A stretch of DNA of 64,000 nt from the human T2T-CHM13v2.0 reference genome, Homo sapiens: the NCBI RefSeq assembly GCF_009914755.1, contig NC_060944.1; one strand, written 5' to 3'. Below are positions 50,510-64,000 of the stretch, in pieces. Below the pieces are notes generated by a model. It saw only the letters and a program-made list of their open reading frames with translations, did no database searches and had not been told where the DNA came from. Made by a program: the position numbers and the translations under genes. Positions within the stretch are counted from its first letter, which is position 1. Each line of letters begins with the position of its first letter.

Positions 50510-51446
50510 AATGATTTTTGACTTTAATTTTTCAACTTTATGATCCTGTGAAAGAGATACATGTTCAGTAGAAACCGTATTTTGAGTACCCGTACAACCA
50601 TTCTGTTTTTCACTTCAGGACAGTATTCAATAAATTACCTAAGATATTCAACACATCATTATACAATAGACTTTGTGTTAGGTGATTTTGCCCAACTGTA
50701 AGCTAATGTAAGTGTTCTGAGCGCACTCAAGGCAGGCTAGGCTAAGCTAGGATGTTTGGTAGGTTAGGCGTATTAAATGCATTTTTTTTACTTTTTTTTT
50801 TTTTTTTTTTTTTAAAGATAACTTCTCACTCTATCATCCAGGCTGGAGTGCTGTGGTATGATCATAGCTCATTGTAGCCTCTAACTACTGGGCCCAAGAC
50901 ATCCTTTCACCTCAGCTTCCCGAGTAGCTGGGACTAGAGGCATATACCACCATGTGTGGCTAATTTTTCAAAAATTTTTTTTTTTGTACAGGTGGGGTCT
51001 TACTATTTTGCCCAGGTTGGTCTTGAATTCCTGGCATTCAAAGTACTGGGATTATAGGTGTGAGCCATTGTGTCTGGCTTAAATGCATTAAAAATTTTTT
51101 TTGTCGGTATAGTAGGTGTATATGTTTATGGGGTACACGAGATATTTTAATACAAGCATACAATGTGTCATAATCACATTGAGGTAAGCATTTATCATTT
51201 CTTTGTGTTACAAACAATCCAGTTATATTCTTTTAGTTATTTTAAAATGTATAACAAATTATTGTTGACTGTAGTCACCTTGTTACGCTATCAAATACTA
51301 GATCTTATTCATTCTACCAAACTCCAGCCATTCTACCTAACTGTTGCCCCTTCCCCTGCCGAATGCATTTTTGACTTAATGATATTTTCTATTTAGGATG
51401 GATTTATCAGGATGTGACACCATTGCAAGTTGAGGAGCATCTGTGT
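50510..51446. mobile_element. MER6A-like Tigger element interrupted by AluJ(-) 50790-51078 and an L1MA 3' end
   Basis: GTAAGTGTTCTGAGC..AGGCTAGGCTAAGCTA.GATGTTTGGTAGGTTAGG...GTTGAGGAGCATCTG. Confidence 0.7.
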
Positions 51447-51584
51447 ACTGTCTGGTTCTATTCCAGTGAAATTCTAAAACAGACACAACTAACCCGTGGT
51501 GATAGAAAGCAGATCTGCGGCTGCTTCTGGGAAGTGGGTTGACTAGGAAAGGGCATGAGAAAACTATCTGGGATGATGAATTTT

Positions 51585-51878
51585 TTCTTTGCTTTTCTTT
51601 TTTGAGGTGGGGTCTTGCTCTGTCACCCAGGCTGGAGTGCAGTGGCGGGATCTCAGCTGACGGCAGCCTCCCCCTCCCAGGCTCAAGTGATCCTCACACC
51701 TCAGCCTCCTGAGTAGCTGGGACCACAGGCATGTGCTACCACATCCAACTAGTGTTTTGTATTTTTTGTAGAGACAGAGTCTTGCCATGTTATCCAAGCT
51801 GGTCATTAACTCTTGGGCTCAAGCGATCCACCCCTTGACCTCCCAAAGTGCTGGGATCACAGGAGTGAGCCACCACCT
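51585..51878 (-). mobile_element. AluJ
   Basis: Antisense Alu consensus. Confidence 0.9.
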
Positions 51879-52272
51879 GCACCACCTGCTGGAAATGTTT
51901 TATATCTTGATATGCAGTTATCCAAGTTGACTGAATGCTTCAGATCTGAGCATTTTGTTATGTGTAAGTTGTTTTTTCCTAAAATATTTTTCTAGGCTGA
52001 GGCGGGAGGATCACTTAAGCCCAGGAGACTAGCCTGGGCAACATAGTCAGGCCCTGTCTCTATTAAAAAAATAAAAATAAAAAACTTTAAAAAACTTTTC
52101 CTGTGGGTCAGGACGTAAGCTATGTGTTTGGGACACAGTATGTCATTTAACTTGTAAGCAAATTCATTAAGGTAGATATTATTGTCTCTGCCTTACAGAT
52201 GAGAAAACTGAAGCTCAGAAGGGTTAAACAATTTGCCTCATTAAGAAAGGTGGGATTAAAACCCAGCACTAT

Positions 52273-52577
52273 GGCCGGGCTCAGTGGCTCACGCCTGTAA
52301 TCCCAGCACTTTGGGAGGCCGAGGTGGGCGGATCACGAGGTCAGGAGATCGAGACCATTCTGGCTAACACGGTGAAACCCCGTCTCTACGAAAAATACAA
52401 AAAATTAGCCGGGCGAGGTGGCGGGCGCCTGTGGTCCCAGCTACTTGGGAGGCTGAGGCAGGAGAATGGCGAGAGCCCTGGGGGGGACCCTGCAGTGAGC
52501 CGAGATCACGCCACTGCACTCCAGCCTGGGCAACAGCGAGACTCCGTCTCAAAAAACAAAAACAAAAACAAAACAAA
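52273..52577 (+). mobile_element. AluY (Yk11/Yk12-like) in a MIR
   Basis: GATCACGAGGTCAGGAGATCGAGACCAT; G-run before CCTGCAGTGAG; ACAGCGAGACTCC; 15-bp TSD AAAACCC(A/G)GCACTAT. Confidence 0.85.
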
Positions 52578-53477
52578 AAAACCCGGCACTATGACCCGAA
52601 AGCCCATACCTTAAGGGTTACGTCTTCTCTCTCAACCCATTCTTTTCCCTAAGATTTTACAAAAGAGGAAACTGAGTCCCAGAGAGGGTTGGAGACATAC
52701 TCAATGCCACTTAGCTCTTTGGAATCAGCATGGAACTAGAATCCAGGTTTCCAGAGCTTTCTTACTGCATCCCACTTGGGCAAAGAAGTCAAGCTCACTC
52801 CCACCTCCACCCAGCTGGAGGTTGGGAACTCAAAGTATAATTTCTAAAGACTTGAGTATAACATTCACGTTATGGGAGGCCCAAATTCAGGGCATAGATA
52901 TCCTGTGACTTCAAAATGAGAGACTGTGCTTTCCATCTGTCTTTGTATTATTGGAGTCATTCCAGGCTGGTTTTCTGTGAATCACAGAGGCTTGCCATTC
53001 ACCCTGCTGCAATTATCCCATTTTACACCCAGGACCCCCAACCAGACTCACCTATTCCCTCCCTCCGTGGCTTTTTGGGTGGCAAGATTTCCAATCCAAC
53101 ACATTCCACAAGCTTCCCTCTGCTTAATTTAAGAGGAGCTAGCATGAGTTTCTCATCTGCTCCTTGACTCTCAGAGTTCTGACATGGATTCATGTCAAGA
53201 ACTACAAAAACAGCCAATCTAATTTGGTTTTAACCCACATCCAATCAATCAACAATAAGAGTGGCTGTTGTCAGGTTCAGCCCATCACATTGTTCAAAAT
53301 CAGTGTCGTCTCTTGTGTTGTTAGAAGGTACCATCTTGTGTTTTGAGAGAATTAGGCTTAAATGGTGATGATAGATTCCTCCCAAAAAAGCTTGGTTCTC
53401 CGGGAGGAAAAAAAGTCGTATGTGTCCCAGCTTCTTTGGCCTTCTTCTGCTAAAGAGAAGTTTCATTAAAAAATGCT

Positions 53478-53792
53478 GGCCCGGTGTGGTAGCTAATGCC
53501 TGAAATCCCAGCACTTTGGGAGGCCAAGGTAGAAGGATTGTTTGAGCCCAGGAGTTGAGGATCGGCCTGGGCAACATGGCAAGACCCCCATCTCTAAAAA
53601 AAAAAAAAAAACACCCAAAATTAGCCAGGTACGGTGGTGCACACCTGTAGTCCCAGCTACTCGGGAGGCTGAGGTGGGAGGATCGCTTGAGCCCAGGGAG
53701 GTGGAGGCTGTAGTGAGCTGTGATGGTGTCACTGCCCTCCAGCCTGGGCAATAGAGAGAGACCCTGTCTCTGAAAAAAAAAAAAAAAAAAAA
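53478..53792 (+). mobile_element. AluJ
   Basis: Alu dimer with A-tail. Confidence 0.9.
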
Positions 53793-54100
53793 GTCTTTTT
53801 CTCCTCCTTAAAAGTCACAGAGTATGTTTCATGGGCTGCCTCTTCTCTGGAACTGGCAAGTGGTGCTGTGAATGAATCACCCTGTTTCTTGGGAATGTTT
53901 TGCTCCAAGAGCTCAAGGGGGTACAACAAGATGATAAACAGCCTCTTGAAAGGGCCTCTCCTCCCCCCGCTGCGGGGCTTGGAGCCTGTGAGTTCACGGA
54001 ACTGGACAGTGGCCGAGCTTTCAGAGACTGCCGAGTCCAACTCAGTTTTGCAGACGAGGAAACCTGGGCTTTCACATTTATGGAAACGGAGCCAGGAGCA

Positions 54101-54200
54101 GGGCCGAGGCCATGTGAATACGACCCATCCCCACTGCTGGCGGGCCTGTGGGCCGAGGCCATCTTAGTACGACCCATCCCCACTGCTGGCAGGCCTGTGG
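54101..54200 (+). repeat. 49-bp tandem duplication (2 copies)
   Basis: GGGCCGAGGCCAT..TACGACCCATCCCCACTGCTGGC(G/A)GGCCTGT at 54101-54149 and 54150-54198. Confidence 0.92.
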
Positions 54201-55171
54201 TTCATCCCGCATCACTCTAAGCTTCAGCCTCCTTCTCTGGAAGATGAGGGCAGGATGCCTGATGTTCCCTGTGGTTTCCTATCATTCAGGGATCCTGAGT
54301 CTTTGCTCCTATGTAGTCACTTGGTAGAAACGCCGAACCTGAAATGTGGCACTTTGCTTCTCAAGCCAGAGAAGGATCCAGGCTTATGGCCCTTAGCAAA
54401 AGCCCAAGCGGTTCAGTTCAGCTCAGGTGGGTTCAACAAATACACTGACGCCCCGGCCCTGTTTAGCCCCTATGCTGGGCATCGGGGATGCCAGGTGAAT
54501 CAGATCTGGCCCCAGCCTCCAATCAGTGGGGCTAGGCAGACACACAGACAGACTATGACCATAGGCTGTGGCAAGCCTGGGGATATTAGGCCTGAGGGGC
54601 TTTGGGAACACAGGCCAGGGCCTAACCAAGCCTAGGGGAGAGCCAAGGAGGGCCTCTGGGGCAGGTGGCCATGTTGGAGGGTTCGCATCTGGCGGCACTG
54701 ATGAGAGGAGGTGACGGACAAATGGGATGAGACCTTGGGCAAGGCCCTTCCCCAGTCTGGGTCTGGGTCTTCCCAGAATGCACTTGCAGGGGATGGCGGA
54801 GGTCTCCCTACCTCTGGACTTCTTGGGTGGGGAAAGTGTTAATGTTCGTTGTGAGCTTGGAGGGCGCCCGTCCATGGCCAGGAGAGACTGTCCTATCCTG
54901 GCACCCAAGGCTGTGGCCTTTTTCACCTCCTACAGGTCCAGAGTCCTCTGGGAGCATAAGGGCGCTGCCTGGCAGCCCTCTCAGCTCTGACTGAGTCCCA
55001 ATGTGTGTGGGAACACCTCGAGCTGGGAGAGGGGAGAGTAAGGCACCCTGCCCTCTCCTGACCCCTGCCTTGTCCTCAGTCCATTGGAGAATTGCTGCAG
55101 GCAAGAAACAGCCCTCAATAATACCAAGGACTGAGGTGCACAGCTGCTGATCAGTACCAAAAAGGAAACTC

Positions 55172-55472
55172 TTTGTTTTTTTTTTTGAAACAGTCCCCCT
55201 CTGTTGCCCAGGCTGGAGTGCTGTGGCATGATCCTGGCTCACTGCAACCTCCACCTCCCAGGTTCAAGCAATTCTTGTGCCTCAGCCTTCAAGTAGCCTG
55301 GGCTACAAACACATGCCACCATGCCCGGCTAATTTTTTTTATTTTTTACTTTTAGTAGAGATGGGGTTTCACCATGTTGCCCCGGCTGGTCTCGAACTCC
55401 TGACCTCAGGTGATCTGCCTGTCTCAGCCTCCCAAAGTGCTGGGATTACAGGCGTAAGCCACCGCGCCCAGA
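55172..55472 (-). mobile_element. AluS
   Basis: Antisense Alu; flanking duplication CAAAAAGGAAA(C/T)TCTT. Confidence 0.93.
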
Positions 55473-55959
55473 CTCAAAAAGGAAATTCTTATTCTGAAGT
55501 GTCCGTCTCTGACAAATCCCTGGAGTCTCTGGCTCTAGATGGGCAGGAGAGTATCCTGGGACCCCAGTCCCTGTAAGCGGCGTCTGTCTCCCCCCTGCCC
55601 TCCCCAGCCAGGCTTAGCTGCCTCCACCTCTCCTCCCACTCTTTCCAGGACCTCTAGTGGTCTAGCTCCCGCCTCTACTCCCCTGAAACCTTACTCCCTG
55701 AGGTCAGCTGGAGCTGCTTTGTGATTGGTGGCTCAATGACCTGGACACTATTGGCCCTGACTTATCTCACGTGATCTCCCAGCAACATCTAATCCCAGAA
55801 CAACATCCTTCCAGGAAGCCTATAACCCTCTTTGGAGGCCTCTTCCTGCAGCGTATTAGACATGAGGACTCCCCCTGGCTCTTCCTGGCTTTCTCATCCT
55901 TTACAAAACATCATATTCTGAGCCTCAGCTTCACCATCAGTGAAATGGGAATAATGATA

Positions 55960-56189
55960 CAGGTTGAGCACCTCAAATTCAAAAATTTGCCATCCAAAAT
56001 GCTTTAAAATATGAAACTTTTAGAGCATTGACATGACATTCAATGGACATGCTCACTGGAGCATTTCAGATTTCATTTTTTATTTTTTGGATTAGGGATA
56101 TATATAATGCAAATATTTCAAAATCCAAAAAAATTCAAAATGGAAGCACCTCTGGTCCCAAGCATTTCGGATAAGGGAGACTCAACCTG
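55960..56189 (-). mobile_element. Tigger4a (MER46/Zombi) MITE in a MIR
   Basis: TA-CAGGTTGAG ... CTCAACCTG-TA terminal inverted repeats with TA target. Confidence 0.85.
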
Positions 56190-56669
56190 TAGCACTTTTT
56201 CCAATGGGTTGCAATGAGTTAATGCATATAAGGCACTTGGCAACTGATGCAGTGTGTTCAAAAGTGTTGGTTAAATTATTCATTTTTTTCAACATCTCCA
56301 TGGATATCTAACAGGTTTGCCCAAAATAATTTGGCCAAAACCAAACTCGTGACTTTTTGGCCTCAGTGGGCTCCTACCCAACCTTCCCCATCTCAGTAAA
56401 TGCACCTCCACTCACCCACCCAAAGCCTGAGAATCCGTCTTGAGCTGCCCTCTCTGTGCCCACACCCCTCATCCATCAGCAGGGACTGTGGGTGCTTCCT
56501 CCTAATGCACTCAAGTCATCCACTCTCACCACCTCCCCTGCCAGGCTTGCAACATTTTCCCTCCCTCCTGGAGGACATCCCAGCCTCCTTGCTGGCCTCC
56601 CTGCCTCCACCCACGTCCCTTAATCCCGCTCTATGCAGCTGCTGGCAGGGCCTTGCAAAAACATACATT

Positions 56670-57402
<733 letters not shown>

Positions 57403-58780
57403 CTACTTTCCTCTGGGAAGCCTTTCTGACCTGCTGTCCTCAGAACTCCTCACATCCTTCTCACCCTGTCCCTCACTGACTCCTGTCCTAGCAGGTAGCA
57501 CATTCTGCATTTCTGCATCACTTGGTTCAATTTTTTTACCGACCACCTCTCACACCAACCTGTGAAATCCACAAAGGCAGGGGCCGTGTGCATTTTATTA
57601 ACCAACGAGCCCCCATCAGTCACTCAACAAATGCTTTACCCACTCCCAAGGCCTCAATCAGATCTCCAGACCTGGGCTCTGTGGCCTTGGGGAAGTTACT
57701 CACCCTCTCTGGGCCTGTCTGGCAGGTAGAGGGGCCTGGCTGGTGATGGATGCCTCCTCTTATCCCTGGCCCACGTTGTGGCAGGGAGGGGAGGCTGCCC
57801 AGGCTGGCCCTTCACGTGCTGGGTACTTCTGAGGGCAAGCTTCCACAGACAGAGCTCCCCGAGTGTTTGCTGAGTTGAACAGAAGGACCTGGAAACCTCG
57901 ATGCCAACACCTCCAGGAATGAGAAGGCTGCAGGGGAGCCAGCTCAAAGCTCAGGGAGCTAATTGCACCATTAGATGATTAAAGATGTTTAATGACAGGG
58001 ATGCAGCTGTGGTGGGAAGTTAAGCATGGACCACAAGCGGCCCGAGGCTTGGTTCAAATTTGGGGTGTGGGAAGGAGCCTCCCCCAGATCCAACCATCTG
58101 GATAGGAGAGGTCACAGCCACAGCCTGTGGCCCCAGGCGGCTGAGGCCTGAGCCAGCACTGGGGCTGGGCTCCTTCCGGGCTGCCTGGGGATCCCTGCCT
58201 CCGGAGTCCTCCCTGAGCTGGCGGGGCCCTGAGAGAAGGTGAGGCCAGACTCAGGGTGTGACGGGGGGCAGGGTGGCTGGCTCAGTTCCTGCTCTGGAAG
58301 CCAGAGCTAATGTGCTAGCCTCAGACAGGGGCTGAGATGGGCCTGGCATGGCGCCAGCCGATCTGGGGAATCCAGGCCTGAGATTCCTGTCCCAACAAGT
58401 GTTGGGGCCTGTTGAGCGTCAAGCGCTGGTCTGAGCAATGCCGGAACATGATGATGACCCAGCCCACCCTCTCCCTGCTGGAGAAACATCCACTGGGAGG
58501 AGTGCAGATGGGATCTACGAAGCTTTGACCTGGGCTTGGGGGTCAGGGGAGGGACCAAAGAATGGAACAGGAGTTAGCAGGGGATTAGAGACAGGAAGGA
58601 CATCCCAGCAGAGGGCAAGCAGGAGCAGGGCCCACTGGGGAGACAGCGGCAGGGAAGAGGGGTGGTGGAGGTTCAGCCGTTCAGCCTTGCAGGCAGATGA
58701 GGTAGGACTGGAGAGGCTGGCGGGGCCCTGGTGGCCTCTTAAGTGTGAGCTTTGGCCTAAGGCCCCTGGAGAGCCACTGA

Positions 58781-59432
<652 letters not shown>

Positions 59433-60267
59433 GTTCTCTGGCTGAAGTTCTTGAAAGGGTGGGATCCCAGAGGAGGGCCAGTTTCAGGGAACAGAAGATA
59501 TGTTCTGCCTGGGATGAGTGGAGTCTCTGGGATACTGTGTCGGGGTAGGAGGACGTTCTATGGAAAGGTCTGGATGATGACTGGACAGATGGGTCCAGAG
59601 TTCTGGAGGGAGGCCAGGGCTGGGGAGGGAGATCTGGCATGCAGCTGGGTAGGTAGTCCCTTCTCGATCCTACAGCGGTGACCTCCAGAGCGCTCCATGT
59701 ATTGGCTTTTCTCCTTCCCTGCCTTTCCCTTCCTGCTTCTTTGCTCCAGCTTCCTGGGGTCACTTCTCAAAAGAGTAGTCTCGGGCTCTGCTTCAGGAGA
59801 ACCTGAACTAAGATAGAGTGAAGCTGAAGCCACCAGACAGTGGGCTGGCTCCTCTTGGGCTAACACTGGCTGTGTCCTCAGCCCAGGCCCAGTGCAAAGG
59901 AGCCTCCCTTCCTCATTACCCGCTTCTGCCCTACCCCGGGAACGTGTGTGGACGTAGAAAGGGTGAGTCAAGGCCAAGGGGAAGGGGAAGGGGAAGGGGA
60001 CATCCCAGAACGTCACGAAGAAGAACTGGGCACTTCCTCCTGGGGGTAGCACTCTTTCTCATCAATGGTGCCACGACAGGTGCAAAATGCACAACGGATG
60101 TCACAGAGCATCCCCAGCAGGTGCCCCCAGAGGGACCAGCCCAGAGCGGGTGCGGAAAGGCCAAGTGCATGACCAGCCGCCTTGAGGACTTTGGCCCCCA
60201 GGAACCTTGGGCTGTGGACTAGGCCTTGTACTTGGGCTTCCCGACTAGTTGGGAAGCAAAGATCCGT

Positions 60268-60292
60268 GTGCTTAGAGGGCGCTAGATGGCAC
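60268..60292 (+). promoter_or_regulatory. Candidate CTCF site (overlapping motifs)
   Basis: TGCTTAGAGGGCGCTAGATGGCAC contains two AGRKGGCRS cores. Confidence 0.5.
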
Positions 60293-60296
60293 TTTA

Positions 60297-61680
<1,384 letters not shown>

Positions 61681-63094
61681 AAAAGTTATGTGGATCTACA
61701 TTATTAATTTTAAGGCCGTCATAATTATCTACTTTATTAATGGACTTGTCCGGCTGCACCAGAAATGATAATAATATGCATTCACTGGGTATCTAGCATG
61801 TGTGTCATTACACAGCCATATGAGGTGTGTACAAGTATCCCCGTTTTACCAATGAGAGAAGTGAGAGTCGGGGGTTAATGACCTCCAAGGCCACACAGCT
61901 ACCGAGGCAGGATTCAAACCCAGGTCTGCTCTTAACCGTGATGTTCAGCCACCCGGCAGGTCCCTCCCACTGACCCCTATATTTGTTTCTGCAAAAAAAT
62001 TCTGATGAGTCAGAGCCCCGTGTGTGCATTTTACCAGTTCCACTTGGAGGGAAACTTTATTTGCAGGGCATTACATTGGGGCAGGAAGGGTTGGGGGAGC
62101 AGACATCACCATCCCTCCAGCCTGCCCCCTAGACATCGCACTGCTTCCCTTAGCAGCTATGGAAACCACTCCGACCAGAGAGGGGAAGGGACTTGCCCAA
62201 GGCCACACTGTTCAGAGGCTGCACAGGACTGCAGTCCTGGCTTCCGATTTCCCACTGGGGTGTGGATGAAGCATGCGGGACACACGAGACATAGGGATTA
62301 GAGGCTCCAGGTCCAAAGGGCAGGGACGGTGCCAGTCTTGGTCACTCACTGCTCACTTGTCTGTCCCCAGCTCCAGCACAGGAGCTGACATGCAGGCCTG
62401 AATGGATAAAGACGATAAGGAAGGCAAGACTGGGAGGGATCTCTGTGGAAGACTTCCAGGAGGGGCCGGGGTTGGGCCAAAGGGGAGTGGGGCTTGGACC
62501 AGCAGAGAGGAGATGGTGGTACTGCGTGGGCAGGTGTGTGGAGGAGGGAGGAAACCTGGCCTGCTGAGGAGAGAAATGGGTCTGGGAGCAGGCCAGCCAG
62601 CCAGAGGGGATGAGTCTGGGCGTGGCCAGAGCAGACCAAGGAGGCTCCAGGCTCCGCCTCTGGGGCAGCCCCACTCCCCCACCAGCCCCCCGTCCCCCAG
62701 CCCCACCACAGAGCCCTGCCTGGGTAATTCCTGAACAGGAACAGAAGGAGGAAGCTGTACAAGTGACACTCAGCTGGTGAGTGGGAGGCAGGGTTTGGTT
62801 TCCTTTCCAGATGAGCCCTGGGTTTGTTCAGCCCTGGTGCGTGCCCCCACCCCTGCCCCTCCCCTGCTGTCTGTGGCCTTGGCTCAGGCACTGGTGAATC
62901 TCAGAGGCCAGGCAGGCCAGAAAGGAGCCATCCAGGCCAGGAAATGGGGAGGTCCTGTTGCGTGGGAATCCCCTGGGAGGGTGGCTTGACGTGTCCCCTT
63001 CTCTCTCGGACCAGACTGTGAGAACTGAAAGCTGGGACCGCAGCTTTCACATCCTTCCGGTGTGGCAAAGTCCTTTCCATCCTTCAGGACCCAA

Positions 63095-63395
63095 TCTATT
63101 TTATTTTTTTACTTTGGAGATGGGATCTTGCTTTGCTGCCCAGGCTGCAGTGTAGTGGCACAATCATGGCTCACTGCAGCCTCAAACTCCTGGGCTCAAG
63201 TGATCCTCCTGCCTCAACCTCCTGAGTAGCTGGAGTACAGGCACACCTACCATGCCTGGCTAATTTTTAATCATTTTTGTAGATACGGGGCCTCGCTGTG
63301 TTGCCCAGGCTGGTCTCAAACTCCTGGGCTCAAGTGATCCTCCTGCCTCACCCTCCCAAAATGTTGGGATTACAGGCGTGAGCCATTGCACCCAG
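63095..63395 (-). mobile_element. AluJ
   Basis: Antisense Alu consensus. Confidence 0.9.
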
Positions 63396-64000
63396 CAGAG
63401 ACTCAATCTAAATGTCCCTCGTTTGGTAAACTCTCCGAGAATCCCCTATCAAGGCAAACTGACAAATGCTCCCCACCCCCGAACTCCTGTAGCACTCAGA
63501 ACACACTTAAAAATAAAAAGAATCACTGTTTATTGGGTGTCCACAATGCACAGGGTCTCACATTTCACCTCCTTGTTGTACCTCTCAGCATCACTGACAG
63601 TTGGCACCATCCTTAGTTCCATTTTACTGAGCAGCTCAGTGGGGCACAGGGAGGTTGCAGGGTTGCAGGCAGTGGGGCTGGGTCTCCTGGATACCAAAGT
63701 GTGTCGCTCTCTGGCCCTCCTGCTCATAGTGTTTCAGGGTCTGTTTCCTCTTCTGGCTTGGAGCCTTCAAAGGGCAGAGTCTGTGTCCCTGGAGACCTGG
63801 CCTTGGGGAGGTGTTGACCCATGGACAAATCTTTGAACCTCCCCACCAGCCTTCACCATGATGAGGACCTAGGCTGGTGCCTTGTATACAGTAGGCTGTT
63901 ACTGAATTCTTGTGACATTGAGAAAGCTTGATCTTAGTCCAGGCTCTGTCATAAACTTGCAGTTTGAGTTTGGGCAAGTCACTTCTATTCTCTGGTCCTA

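Noticed and set aside
54101-54200. CRISPR-like repeat-spacer reading of the tandem repeat
   Set aside because: Only two head-to-tail copies with no unique spacers, eukaryotic context, no cas genes.
53900-54220. 106-aa ORF with protein-like composition
   Set aside because: TTG start, no recognised family, includes the tandem duplication, and overlapping frames are equally open.

Overview
Human (primate) genomic DNA, very Alu-rich. It contains one complete protein-coding gene on the + strand that I recognise from its translation: MANBAL (UPF0239 family, 85-aa single-pass membrane protein). From recalled synteny this is 20q11.23 between GHRH and SRC; I see neither neighbour's coding exons here. 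Structure read from the sequence: CpG-island/ETS promoter and non-coding exon 1 (~15700-15754), exon 2 (27277-27482, ATG 27333), exon 3 (42379-~43330, stop 42486, AATAAA 43306). The rest is about 50 Alu/FLAM/FRAM copies, old L1/L2/MIR fragments, MaLR/ERV LTRs and DNA-transposon fossils. Nearly all ORFs in the supplied track are repeat-derived or chance. I cannot support a new multi-gene system. The best leads are: a diverged ~230-bp direct duplication bracketing the promoter; a phase-compatible pair of decayed exon-like segments at 2.75-3.28 kb; two overlapping, mutually exclusive hairpins in intron 2; inverted Alus around the AUG exon (circRNA layout); and several cryptic splice options that would alter the basic C-terminal tail. 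Repeat boundaries and subfamilies are by eye and approximate.
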